Origin: Cyanobacteria bacterium auto_48_18
GTDB taxonomy: Bacteria; Cyanobacteriota; Vampirovibrionia; Obscuribacterales; Obscuribacteraceae
Reading direction: 5' to 3'
Assembly: GCA_036170915.1 (NCBI GenBank)
Contig: JAVHQC010000035.1
Location: 32,001-96,000 of the forward strand
Length of the DNA stretch: 64,000 nt
This document shows positions 39,137-49,388 of the stretch, in pieces. A program made the translations under genes and the position numbers. The stretch's first letter is position 1. Every line of letters begins with the position of its first letter. Below the pieces are notes generated by a model. The model was not told the origin of the DNA. It saw only the letters and a program-made list of their open reading frames with translations, and did not search any database.

Positions 39137-39240
39137 TTCTTCATCCTCTTCTTCTTTGTACTTCTTTTTATCTTAAATACCAGGGCGCCAATGGGAACAG
39201 GCCTTGTTGCAGCGCGCACAAAGCTAGCCAGTACTTGCCA

Positions 39241-39272
39241 AAAACAAAAAAGGCGAGCCAAAGGCCCGCCTT
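39241..39272 (-). terminator. terminator between rpsO and pnp
   Basis: Minus strand AAGGCGGGCC-TTT-GGCTCGCCTT followed by TTTTGTTTT. Confidence 0.8.
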
Positions 39273-39287
39273 CAAATAACAAGTTAA

Positions 39288-39557
39288 CTAGCGTCGTAGT
39301 CCGAGCTTTTCAATGAGCTTGCGATAGCGCTCATTGTCTTCCTTCATCAAATATTGAAGTAGACGGCGACGCTTACCAACCATCATCAGAAGCCCGCGTC
39401 GGCTGTGAAAATCTTTCGAGTGCGTTCTCAGGTGGTCAGTTAATTGATTGATTCTGTCTGTGAGCATAGCCACCTGCACTTCCGGCGAACCGGTGTCTTT
39501 TCCGTGCGTCTGGTGACCTTGAATCAGCTCTTGCTTGCGATCAGCTAAAAGTGGCAT
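39288..39557 (-). CDS. rpsO: 30S ribosomal protein S15
   Basis: [31 protein letters not shown]. Confidence 0.98.
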   Translation of the reverse strand: MPLLADRKQELIQGHQTHGKDTGSPEVQVAMLTDRINQLTDHLRTHSKDFHSRRGLLMMVGKRRRLLQYLMKEDNERYRKLIEKLGLRR

Positions 39558-39842
39558 TTACGTCTTTTTCCATTTAAGTTGAAGTTAGATATTAGCATAT
39601 ACAAAGCGTGCGGCTTACCACCTGCGGGTCTTAGCGTGCTTGAAATCTTCATAATCAGCACAGTTTTTTCTCATATTGGCCGAACTTTTGAGTCTGTTAT
39701 TGAAATAATCGCTACTTGACACGGGTGAGCGGCACTGGCTGAAATTGAATAATCAATGCAATAAACGTTACACCACCTTCTATATGTAGAAGATCAAATA
39801 CACTTGAGGTCGGCACCATCAAGCAACAGGAGCAAACAATTC

Positions 39843-40133
39843 ATGGCTGATGTAAAGGTCAGTGTTTACACCCCGGCAGGTAAACATGTGGGTTATTTCG
39901 TCAATCCGCAAGTGAAAGCTCACGCCGACGGCGACTATGAACTGAGCGGCGAATTCTTCGATGCCAACGGCGAAAAGCCAATACGTATCGATTTTAATCC
40001 CCAGGCCATGCCATATTCAGCTGATCTTGGCGAAGTGGTCGCCAACGACAGCAAAATTGCTCATCGCCAATTGCGCGCCGTTTACATTCAAAGCGGCAGA
40101 CAGCCAGTGAAAATGAGCGGCCAGGGCCAATAA
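39843..40133 (+). CDS. hypothetical protein
   Basis: ATG at 39843 with AGGAG RBS (ORF track start 39804); followed by a hairpin. Confidence 0.65.
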   Translation: MADVKVSVYTPAGKHVGYFVNPQVKAHADGDYELSGEFFDANGEKPIRIDFNPQAMPYSADLGEVVANDSKIAHRQLRAVYIQSGRQPVKMSGQGQ

Positions 40134-40169
40134 TTTTCCGCGTCCGCAAAATGGGCCAATAGCTAAACA

Positions 40170-40210
40170 AAAGAGCAGCGGTGGAGGGAAACCAGCTGCT
40201 CTTTAGTTTT
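40170..40210 (+). terminator. terminator-like hairpin
   Basis: AAAGAGCAGC...GCTGCTCTTT followed by AGTTTT. Confidence 0.6.
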
Positions 40211-40447
40211 ATACCTTGTGAATACTTTGGCTTGAATCCTAACAATGCTTGGGCTGGGGGGCTTAGTGAGGGTCAGGGTCAAATCAATCAAATAGATCTT
40301 AAAGGCATTCACAAGGTTAGGTCAGGGATCGATTTACTAAAATTATCGAACTCCATAATGCTGTTATAGCAGTCGGCTGTATAGGGCACCCTATAGGTGG
40401 GACAATAAAAGCGTATAGGGTTTCTTATGTAAAAGTGGATTACCATC

Positions 40448-41770
40448 GTGGACGACCATTCAGCCCCTACCAATGTAAAAACCGCAGACGGTGGAGAACC
40501 TGCCGCCGAGCTGGCGCAGATTCATAGGGAGCGCCGGGTGCTCCTTATAGAGCCTGTGGATAAAGAGATGCAGCTGATTAAGAAGGCTATTGTCTCTCAA
40601 TCTCCCTTATATGATGTTGACACCGCCAGCACTGCCAAAGAAGCACTGGCACGCATTAAATCCATTCCTTATGATGTGCTCGTAGTAGATAACGACCTAC
40701 CTGACAGTAGCGGCGTCGAGCTGGTCACGACTCTGGTGGCCGAAGCACCCAACTCGCCCATTATCGTTATTACCAGCGTCGATTCGCCAGAGCTGGCCCT
40801 AAAATTGCTCACTGTCGGCGCCAGTGATTATTTGCCAAAAATAGGCGAATATCAAAAGTTCTTACCGCGCATGATTACCACCAATTTGCAGCGCGCCATC
40901 ATTATTGAAAATCTAAAAGAGATGTACGATCGGGTGGAAAAATCGTCAAGAGACGAGGCACTCTTCAATCGATTTGTGGTCAACATTCACGGATCACTTG
41001 ATCAGGCCGATATTCTTGAACGTGCCACGCAGAGCCTGCTGACTGAGTTTGAAGCTTCGCGCGCGCTCATTTGTTTGATTGGCGATCCTGATAATTCTAT
41101 GCGCATCGTCAGACAAATGACCAGTGACAGCCTGGCGCCTATTTCAGATAAAAGCAGTCTCTTTTCCAAATATCACGATCTACTTTTAGACGTGGGCGAG
41201 CGCCGACCTCTCATGGTGATGCAAGATGATACTTTTGCTTTTGCCAAAGACGTGCGTCTTGAACTTATCAACTATAAAATTTCATCAATGGTGATGGTGC
41301 CTCTGGTTTACAGAGGCAGACTGATGGGGCTTCTGCATCTTGATGCTCACGTTGGCACCAAGCATGATGCGCGCATGTGGACTGTGCGCGATATAACTTT
41401 GCTTTCACGCATCGCTAATCAGCTTTCTATTGCTCTCAGTCAGGCCAAGCTTTATCAAATTGTAGAAGCGCAAAGTACGTCAATCAGCAAATTGACTGAC
41501 TTGTGCAGCCAGCTGACACAAGTGGTGCACAGCACCAAAGAGCTCACAGAGCGCACGGAAAGTCGCGAGAAAGTACGCATTAAACTCAGTACCAGAGAAA
41601 TTGAAGTATTGAAGCAAGTGGCTCTCGGTCTATCAAATAAAGAAATTGCAGAAGAGTTGCACATAACCGAAGGCACTACAGAAGTACACGTATCGCGCTT
41701 GCGCAAAAAGCTCAATTTGAGCACGCGAGCTGCCTTAGTGCGTTATGCCTATGAAAACCACTTGAGTTAG
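40448..41770 (+). CDS. REC-GAF-LuxR HTH response regulator
   Basis: VVDNDLP..ITS..GASDYLPK; GAF (SMVMVPL..LMGLL.L..W..IANQLSIAL); LSTREIEVL..G.SNKEIA..KL. Confidence 0.92.
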   Translation: MDDHSAPTNVKTADGGEPAAELAQIHRERRVLLIEPVDKEMQLIKKAIVSQSPLYDVDTASTAKEALARIKSIPYDVLVVDNDLPDSSGVELVTTLVAEAPNSPIIVITSVDSPELALKLLTVGASDYLPKIGEYQKFLPRMITTNLQRAIIIENLKEMYDRVEKSSRDEALFNRFVVNIHGSLDQADILERATQSLLTEFEASRALICLIGDPDNSMRIVRQMTSDSLAPISDKSSLFSKYHDLLLDVGERRPLMVMQDDTFAFAKDVRLELINYKISSMVMVPLVYRGRLMGLLHLDAHVGTKHDARMWTVRDITLLSRIANQLSIALSQAKLYQIVEAQSTSISKLTDLCSQLTQVVHSTKELTERTESREKVRIKLSTREIEVLKQVALGLSNKEIAEELHITEGTTEVHVSRLRKKLNLSTRAALVRYAYENHLS

Positions 41771-41795
41771 AAATTAACGTCAGAAAGTTAGTCAA

Positions 41796-43196
41796 TCAAA
41801 CAATGTGATTCTGAGGCAAAGTCACATAGAAGCAAGTACCCTGGCCATATTCACTGGTGCAGGTAATGGTGCCACCATGCAATTCGGTCAGCGCTTTGGC
41901 GATGGCCAAGCCTAAACCACTGCCGCCCTTTTTTTTGGTTTCTTCAGAGCGTACCTGGCGATAGCGATCAAATATGAAAGGCAGATGATGGGCTTCAATG
42001 CCTATGCCATGGTCTTTCACTACTATTTCAATATTGTGCCCGACGAGAGAGGCATGCAAATACACCGCACCATTTGGGTGGGAAAATTTGATGGCATTGG
42101 CCAAGAGATTGATCAAAATTTGCCCAAGGCGCTCACGGTCGGCGATTAAAATCAAACCGCATTTCTGATGCTTGAGCACCACTTTCTCTTTTTCAGCCAC
42201 AGCGCCCATCATGCTTAGTACATTGGTAAATAATTCGTCCAGGTCTACTTCTGCATACTCAAGCGAGAGCATGCCAGATTCCATTTTGTCTAAAGCGAGA
42301 AGGTCACCAGTTAGTGTCAGTAGCTTGGCGCAAGCCCGTTCGCCGCTTTGCGTGAGTTCGATGGCCTTCTCACTAAGTTGGCCATAGCCGCCGGTTTGCA
42401 GCGAAGCAAATATCAAATTGATGGTGGAAAGAGGCGAACGTATATCATGGCTGACCATATTTACTATTTGCTGGCGCATGTTTTCCGCCAGTTTGCGTTC
42501 TGATATATCTTGAATCAAACATATCCAGGTGCCTTTATCTTTCGACCACTTGATCATCCAGAAACTATCAATAATGGTGCCGCCGGCAGTTTTCATTTGC
42601 AGCTCGAGTACAGACTCGGAGGCAGAATAGCGTACTTGATAAAGTGTCTCCAGAAGCAGCTCTTGCTCAGATCCACCCAGCAGATTTAAAACGGAATTGC
42701 CCATCAACTGGCTTATTTTAAAACCGAGAAGTTTTTCTGCAGCAGGATTGATTGTTTGAATGATAAATTCACCATTGATGGCACAAATAATGGTGGCGGC
42801 ACTTTCGATTAGATCTCTTTCTCTGGCAATAGACTCGCCTAAAGCCGCAGCCATTTCATGAAAGGATTGATCGAGAGCAGCAAGCTCATCATCACCCTCT
42901 TGCAAATAGTGCAATTTTTCCTGCCGCCGCAATCTTGCCACATTGTCTGTAAGCACCATAAATCGCTCGCCTACATTTTTATAAATTCGCAAGCCGAAAA
43001 ATGCCACCAGAGCCACATTCAGAAGCAGGCTGCCGCAAACAATCATGGGCACAGTGGTTTTGGCAAATTGAATCACTTCTAAATTTTCCACCTGCGCCAG
43101 CCAGCCGAGCACAATTAGCACTGACAGGGCCTGGATAGCCTGCGGTAGGCAGATCAAAAGAATAAATTGAGTTTTTAAACTGGTCTTCCTATCCAC
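41796..43196 (-). CDS. membrane sensor histidine kinase (TM, HAMP, PAS, HisKA, HATPase)
   Basis: SHDIRSPL, NLLANAIKFS, DHGIGI, GSGLGLAI. Confidence 0.95.
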   Translation of the reverse strand: MDRKTSLKTQFILLICLPQAIQALSVLIVLGWLAQVENLEVIQFAKTTVPMIVCGSLLLNVALVAFFGLRIYKNVGERFMVLTDNVARLRRQEKLHYLQEGDDELAALDQSFHEMAAALGESIARERDLIESAATIICAINGEFIIQTINPAAEKLLGFKISQLMGNSVLNLLGGSEQELLLETLYQVRYSASESVLELQMKTAGGTIIDSFWMIKWSKDKGTWICLIQDISERKLAENMRQQIVNMVSHDIRSPLSTINLIFASLQTGGYGQLSEKAIELTQSGERACAKLLTLTGDLLALDKMESGMLSLEYAEVDLDELFTNVLSMMGAVAEKEKVVLKHQKCGLILIADRERLGQILINLLANAIKFSHPNGAVYLHASLVGHNIEIVVKDHGIGIEAHHLPFIFDRYRQVRSEETKKKGGSGLGLAIAKALTELHGGTITCTSEYGQGTCFYVTLPQNHIV

Positions 43197-43200
43197 TCAA

Positions 43201-43782
43201 TCATTCATCTCTATCTGTGGATTTAACTTCAGGTATCACCGGTTGGTCAACTTGGACATCTTGAGGTTCTTGCAAATCTTGCACTTCCTGTACTTTCTCT
43301 ACTTTGCGTACATTCTGTACTTTGCGCGGCGCCGGATATTTGCCGGTGGCCAGAATTAACCAGGTAGCGCGCTTCAGCTCATTAACTCGGCCGGGCTCCT
43401 GGCTTTCCTTTCTCAGAGCCTGAGAATATTGAGCGATTCTTTTGTTGCCGGAAGCAGGTTTATTTTTTAATTCAACCCAATCTTGATAGCGATACCATTG
43501 TTGTGCTTCTTGTCTTTGTAAGGCCATGCGATACAAGAGTGCATAATCTTCATTATCTGGAAAACTTCTATTTAGTGCTGCCAGAGACCTGATAGCACCT
43601 TCCATGTCGCGCCCTCTAAGCTTTTGCAAAGCCTGGGTCAAGACTCTCTCCTCTTGACTAGCCTGGTCTTCCAGGGAACTTGCGAAGACTGAAGGCAGTC
43701 CATGAAAATAGGAGAAGCAGACCAGTAGAATAGGCAAGGCATGCCCGAAGCTGCACTGTTTGGAATATTTGCTTCCCGACAC
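43201..43782 (-). CDS. hypothetical exported protein
   Basis: Signal-like N-terminus, TPR-like helix pair, tripeptide-repeat tail; ends 4 nt before the kinase start. Confidence 0.6.
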   Translation of the reverse strand: MSGSKYSKQCSFGHALPILLVCFSYFHGLPSVFASSLEDQASQEERVLTQALQKLRGRDMEGAIRSLAALNRSFPDNEDYALLYRMALQRQEAQQWYRYQDWVELKNKPASGNKRIAQYSQALRKESQEPGRVNELKRATWLILATGKYPAPRKVQNVRKVEKVQEVQDLQEPQDVQVDQPVIPEVKSTDRDE

Positions 43783-43905
43783 CTTCAGTGGTCCTCATCG
43801 TCTATGCCACTTAGTTAATCTGCCCAAGGCCAAACACTTTGATCTTAAACAGCTTACGGCAACATTTGGCAGTTAGCATATTGCTATTCAAAGATAGCGA
43901 AAGAA

Positions 43906-46900
43906 ATGGGTAAAAAGCAGGCACTGTTGATCGAGACTCAACAATCAGAAGAAAAAATCACCACAGAGGCGTTAATGCGGCCTCGCTGGTTGATTGTGCG
44001 CTTTGTGCTGGGCTGGATTCTTTCCATCGCCATTCTTTTCATCCTGGCATTGATGATCGATATAGACTGGATGAAACCCCGGTTAGAAGCGGCAATTGGC
44101 GAAAATTTGCACCGCTCGGTAAAACTTGGGCACCTGAGATGGCACTTTGGCCTCAATGGAATCACGGTGCTAACTCGCACCCTCAAAGTTAATGAATTAG
44201 ATGGCGACCCGTTTATTCTCGCCAAGAGAAGCAATATTGGTATTGCCTTTACACCACTTTTGCAAGGCAAGTTGATTGTCAAGTTTATTCAAATAGATCA
44301 CCCTGAAATCTGGGCTGTGAAATTAAAACCCGGCGCCTGGAACTTTGAAGATCTGCTTGAGCCAACCATTGATGTTCGGTTCATCGAAGTAGATGCAGGC
44401 ACTGTGCACTTAAGCGATCAAAGCAAGGAGGCGATTTCTAAGGAATCACTCACCTTGAAAAATGTAGACTTAAAGCTCAACTGGCCGTCTCGCGGCATGA
44501 GTAGCCCACTTTACCTTTCCTTCAATACTGATACCGTCAACAAAGAAAAAATTCCCGGTCATGTGCGCTTAGACGGATTAGGGCGAGCCACCGATAAAAG
44601 TTTCGAGCGCACCAATTACACAGTCAAAGTTAATGCCACGAACCTTCAGGCCAACGACCTGAGGCGATTTATGGCTGTGGTGGGCGACGACAAACGGATG
44701 AAAGAAGCTCTTGATCCCCAGGGCCAAAATCTTTCAGTAAAAGGCATGCTCGATTTTGATGCCGAAGTTGTGGGCAGCCTCACTGATGGTTTTGCCGCCG
44801 ACATCAAAACTCACATCAAAGATTTCGTGGTGGCCTCACGAGATATGGGCAAAGTTCATACCAAAGGTATGAGTACTGCAGGGGCGGTGCAACTGACAGA
44901 TGGTTTGATCGGTTGGCAAGATCTTGATTTAAGTCTTGGTCCGCTCAAAATAAAATCCAACGGTGAGCTGCGCGACTGGAAAGAAAAAAAGGCCAGCTAC
45001 TCTGTCACCGCTAAAAGTCAGATTAACGACCTGGCTAACTTGACAAAACATATTGATATCACCGGCTACAAACAAAATGCCAAGCCGGCCGAGCAGCTCA
45101 TTCACGTTATTAAAACAGCCACTTTGAGCGGCAAAGCCTTTTTTGATCTCAAGTTCACAGGCAACGAGACTAAATCAAAAATTCTTTCAAAATTAAGAGC
45201 GGAAGGTTTACCGGTACAAGAACTGGTGCAAGCATTGGCGCCCGGATATGCTCCTTATTTAGCAATCACTGGCATCGGCCCTAATTCAGTGGTCACCGGC
45301 GTTTTTGAAGCTTTACCGGGGCGAAGAATTTCAATTAAAGACGGCCAGATTACTGTGCCTGACTCGGTAATTAAGCTCTCTGGCGAAGTTGACCTGCTCA
45401 AAGATTCTTACGACCTGACTTTCGATGCCGACAAGCTTTCGCTCAAAAAAGCCTGGAGTGCCGCACTTAATGACCCTAAAGCAAGAAAACAAATATCCAT
45501 GCGCATCAGGCGCACCAATTTAAGCACTCTATTTGTTGATGGCCTGGTGCGCGCCTCAGGCAATGTTAAAGGAAACAGGCGCAGCAATGAAGCCAACGTG
45601 GTGGCACACCTGACTAATGGTGGATTTGCCACCGCCGATCACACTCTTAATGCCAATGGCATTTCTGGTGAGGCACTGATTAACGGCACCACTCTTAAAT
45701 TCAGGAATGTTCAAGGAAAAGTGGGCGCCCTTGGGCGCTTTACCCTGACTGGTGGGGCGGTAAGACTGTTCAATCCCGGCACGGCAATAGATCTGGCTTT
45801 GCGTGGCACCAACGTCAATTTCGAAAACCTCAGTACGATCATGAATTTGTTCGAGCTCAATTTTCCTGCCATTACCGATCAACATTTAACAGGCCAGGTG
45901 CGCGAACTGGTAATTAAGCTCACCGGCCGTCCGCAAGGCCCTCAAGTTTATATGAGCGCCTCACCGGCTGATATTGCTTATCGTCCGCCCGGTCTAACCA
46001 GGCCTATTCGAGCGGTTTCAGGCAATATTCTCTATGAGCACGATAACGTCACCCTAACTGACGTGGGCATCATCACTAGAGGCATGCGGCTTACCACCAG
46101 CGTGCGCATTGAAGCACTATCTACGGTGGCGGCTCTCAAACGTGTACACGTCAAAAGTGATGGTATCGATATTGGTGATATCGATTACTATTTAAGCTCC
46201 CCTGTGCTGCCGACGCCTTTGCGCTCAGCGTATAAAAACCTGCTCAACACTTACAAAATCAAAAATCTGCACGGCAAAATTTACGGCGATGTGGTCGTAA
46301 TGCCGAAGAACAAAAAAGACTTCAATTTAGAAGGTGTACTTGGTTGCTACAGCGTTGGAGCTACGGTAAGCAGCCTTGAGGTACCCCTTGAGCGCATTGC
46401 CGGTATTCTGGCCGCTTCCGGTGACGAACTTTTGATTCAAGACATGAGCGGTTACGCGCGCTCTACTCACTTTGATCTCGACGGTTATGTGAAAAATTAC
46501 AGATCGGACCATCCCAGCTGGAAAACCGAACTGCGCTCTACTATCGCCCCTCAAGAATTTCTTGACTTGGTGCCGGCTTTAACATCCTCGATGATGAACG
46601 GGCAGTTAAAGATATACTCTGCCGGCCCCTTGCAACTGAGAGCGCAGATCGAAGGCAACAACAAGAAAAACGAAATTATTTTCTCTGCCCATGCTGATGC
46701 TGCAGACCACTTAAAACTGAGCATTCCTATATTTACCGTCAACCAGCCAGCCGGAGAGGAACTCAATCTTGATGGTTCCATGACTGTAACTAACGAAGGT
46801 TTAGAGTTACACAGCACAAACTTATTGCTGGGCGAAGCAGCAATCAAAGCGCAAGGAAACTGGATCTGGAGCTCACCGGAGCAGCCTGTAGTACTCACAG

Positions 46901-48087
46901 TTCTTTCACCAAATCCGGTGCCAGCTAAGATTCTTGTCGGTTTAATTGATCCAACATTTGACACTAAGAATCTGACCGGTACCCTTGACGGATTTATCAC
47001 TCTGGATGGCCCCGTACGCCATCCTAAACTGAGCGGAAAAATTTCACTTGATCGCATTAGTAATCCGGATTTCAATTTATTTGGTTTGACCGGCACTATT
47101 TCGGCAGACAATACGAAAAACAATAAAAGTGATCCATACGCTGTTTCGGTAGCCCATATTGATATTAATCATCTGAGACTGCAAAAGCTTTCTATCAATG
47201 ATGTGGGTGGCCTTTTACAGATCGAAAGTCAAGAAGGAAAAGACGGCAAGGTAATGGCACCACGAATTGCCATGAAAGAAGGCACTGCGCGTGTAGCCGG
47301 TGGTTTATTGAAAATGGACGGCTACGTCGACCTGGAAAAAAGGCTGACAGTCTTTAACGCACAAATGACCCAGGTGCATATGGAGGAAGTTTCTGACCGG
47401 CTTCTGGGCACCCCAGGTGAGCTCACCGGTGCCATGGACGGCGAATTACATCTAACCGCATCTGGTGGCGGCACGCCCAAAGAGTTTATAAAGCATCTAG
47501 AAGGCACAGGTGCCTTTACTATCAAAGACGGCATTGTCGCCCGCTTCGGTCAATTGCAAACTAAACTGACACAGGCTAATTTATTGCAACAAGGTATCTT
47601 AGGCTTCAATTTCAACAACTTGATGCAGAGTGTGGTGCCTGTCAGAACTGGCGAGTTCAATGAACTTAACGGCCGCTATTCGATTTATCAGGGCATGCTT
47701 AATATCAAAGAAATTCGCTTCAGCGGCGATGACTTACGTATGTGGGGAGCCGGCACTGTCAATCTTGCGGCCAATACCATTGATGTGGAAATTGCCGGCA
47801 CCATTCCCCGGGTAACGAAATCAAGGCTCGGTGGAGTCATGGGTGATCTTTCGCGCCGGGTGACTATCTCTAAATTACTCAACGCAGTCACGTTCGGACG
47901 TTTGGAAAATCTCCCTTCTTTGCCGCTATTAGGTGACATCGCTTCAGATAAACCTAGAACCTTCAGTTTTACAACTGAAGCTAATATGGCAGATGCCAAA
48001 CAAATCACTAAATCAATAGAAAAGACATTTAAGTGGCTACCGAATAAACAAGCGGCTAGTGCTCACCCTGTACCCGGTCTCAACTAA
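43906..48087 (+). CDS. AsmA-family protein
   Basis: N-terminal TM plus IDWMKPRLE..G.WNFEDLL; long beta-rich body; AsmA-like C-terminus. Confidence 0.85.
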   Translation: MGKKQALLIETQQSEEKITTEALMRPRWLIVRFVLGWILSIAILFILALMIDIDWMKPRLEAAIGENLHRSVKLGHLRWHFGLNGITVLTRTLKVNELDGDPFILAKRSNIGIAFTPLLQGKLIVKFIQIDHPEIWAVKLKPGAWNFEDLLEPTIDVRFIEVDAGTVHLSDQSKEAISKESLTLKNVDLKLNWPSRGMSSPLYLSFNTDTVNKEKIPGHVRLDGLGRATDKSFERTNYTVKVNATNLQANDLRRFMAVVGDDKRMKEALDPQGQNLSVKGMLDFDAEVVGSLTDGFAADIKTHIKDFVVASRDMGKVHTKGMSTAGAVQLTDGLIGWQDLDLSLGPLKIKSNGELRDWKEKKASYSVTAKSQINDLANLTKHIDITGYKQNAKPAEQLIHVIKTATLSGKAFFDLKFTGNETKSKILSKLRAEGLPVQELVQALAPGYAPYLAITGIGPNSVVTGVFEALPGRRISIKDGQITVPDSVIKLSGEVDLLKDSYDLTFDADKLSLKKAWSAALNDPKARKQISMRIRRTNLSTLFVDGLVRASGNVKGNRRSNEANVVAHLTNGGFATADHTLNANGISGEALINGTTLKFRNVQGKVGALGRFTLTGGAVRLFNPGTAIDLALRGTNVNFENLSTIMNLFELNFPAITDQHLTGQVRELVIKLTGRPQGPQVYMSASPADIAYRPPGLTRPIRAVSGNILYEHDNVTLTDVGIITRGMRLTTSVRIEALSTVAALKRVHVKSDGIDIGDIDYYLSSPVLPTPLRSAYKNLLNTYKIKNLHGKIYGDVVVMPKNKKDFNLEGVLGCYSVGATVSSLEVPLERIAGILAASGDELLIQDMSGYARSTHFDLDGYVKNYRSDHPSWKTELRSTIAPQEFLDLVPALTSSMMNGQLKIYSAGPLQLRAQIEGNNKKNEIIFSAHADAADHLKLSIPIFTVNQPAGEELNLDGSMTVTNEGLELHSTNLLLGEAAIKAQGNWIWSSPEQPVVLTVLSPNPVPAKILVGLIDPTFDTKNLTGTLDGFITLDGPVRHPKLSGKISLDRISNPDFNLFGLTGTISADNTKNNKSDPYAVSVAHIDINHLRLQKLSINDVGGLLQIESQEGKDGKVMAPRIAMKEGTARVAGGLLKMDGYVDLEKRLTVFNAQMTQVHMEEVSDRLLGTPGELTGAMDGELHLTASGGGTPKEFIKHLEGTGAFTIKDGIVARFGQLQTKLTQANLLQQGILGFNFNNLMQSVVPVRTGEFNELNGRYSIYQGMLNIKEIRFSGDDLRMWGAGTVNLAANTIDVEIAGTIPRVTKSRLGGVMGDLSRRVTISKLLNAVTFGRLENLPSLPLLGDIASDKPRTFSFTTEANMADAKQITKSIEKTFKWLPNKQAASAHPVPGLN

Positions 48088-48186
48088 CGGCTGATAAACA
48101 GTCGATAGTCAGATTTGTGAAAGTTGAAGCCACCACTGGTGATGTACACGCTTGCCAACATTTTGCATATGTGTATGATATAGGCA

Positions 48187-49362
48187 ATGACACAATTGAA
48201 TAATTCTATGGCAGGGCTGACCCACATCAGCCCTAAATTTGTCTCCGCTCGCAGCGACGCAAATAGCGCTGCTGGCAGCGCCTTGCCAGTTCAAGGCGGC
48301 CAGAAGTGGCAGGCCGCCCCTTACAAAAATTTGGCGACATTGCTGCCACCATATCTGGAGCACATTCAGGCTGAACGCAGCCTTTCGCTCAACACTGTGA
48401 TTTCGTACAGAAGAGATTTGACATTTTTTGTCGCCTGGTTCAACAGCGTCAATTTTTCCGGGGCACCAGCTACAGTGCCGAGCCGGGGCGAAATTCTGCA
48501 ATATCTATCATCGCTTAAGGCCAAAGGGCAAAAACCTGCCAGTGTCACGCGCATGCTGGCCAGCCTGCGTGGCTGGTTCAGCTGGCTTAAAGATATGCAT
48601 TTTATCGCCAGAGATCCCCTGGAGCATTTTGAAAATCCACATCGAATTAAAAAACTGCCGCAAGTTTTGACCACTGAAGAAATTTCCATGCTCTTTGCCG
48701 TCAGCAGTACGGCAAGAGAGAAAGCCTTACTTGAGCTTATGTACGGCTGCGGCCTGCGTGTTTCTGAGCTGGTTGGTCTCAATGTTTCTGATTTGAATGT
48801 TGGTCATGGACTGATCAAATGCCTGGGCAAAGGCTCTAAAGAACGCATTGTGCCTATGGGCAATCAAGCCATAAACGCACTGGCACTTTATCGTGCCGAT
48901 CAGGAGGCGCGCGCAGCTGAACAGTTGAAAAAATCAGCTGACGCTCGGTTGGTTGAAGCCGCTCGGGTGGCCAAACCAGGGGCCAAAGCAAAACGAGGCA
49001 GACCACGCAAGGTAAAAGAAATTGCTGAAATGGCCGTGGCAGTAAGTAAGACTCGGCCGCGAGCAATTAAAGCTGAGCCTCTATTTAAAGATGAACAAGG
49101 TGAGAGACTTTCACGCCTGGTGGTCTGGCAAATCATCAAAAGGCTAAGTCAAAAAGCCGGTATCAAAAAGTCGATTTCACCGCACACTTTGAGGCACAGC
49201 TTCGCCACCCATCTACTTGAAAACGGTGCCGACCTGCGGGCAGTGCAAGAACTTCTAGGCCACTCGAATCTCGTCACCACCCAGCTCTACACCCATGTGT
49301 CGCGCGCACATCTAAAGAGCGCCTATACTCAAGCACAAACTAACTTTGGCCTTGCTCTATAA
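48187..49362 (+). CDS. xerD: tyrosine recombinase XerD/XerC family with basic insertion
   Basis: [65 protein letters not shown]. Confidence 0.88.
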   Translation: MTQLNNSMAGLTHISPKFVSARSDANSAAGSALPVQGGQKWQAAPYKNLATLLPPYLEHIQAERSLSLNTVISYRRDLTFFVAWFNSVNFSGAPATVPSRGEILQYLSSLKAKGQKPASVTRMLASLRGWFSWLKDMHFIARDPLEHFENPHRIKKLPQVLTTEEISMLFAVSSTAREKALLELMYGCGLRVSELVGLNVSDLNVGHGLIKCLGKGSKERIVPMGNQAINALALYRADQEARAAEQLKKSADARLVEAARVAKPGAKAKRGRPRKVKEIAEMAVAVSKTRPRAIKAEPLFKDEQGERLSRLVVWQIIKRLSQKAGIKKSISPHTLRHSFATHLLENGADLRAVQELLGHSNLVTTQLYTHVSRAHLKSAYTQAQTNFGLAL

Positions 49363-49388
49363 TGGAGATTCGTTAAAGTATAGGTAGA

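Noticed and set aside
48187..49362. Tyrosine recombinase as a phage or island integrase
   Set aside because: Motifs are XerD-like; there is no adjacent tRNA, att repeat or mobile cargo
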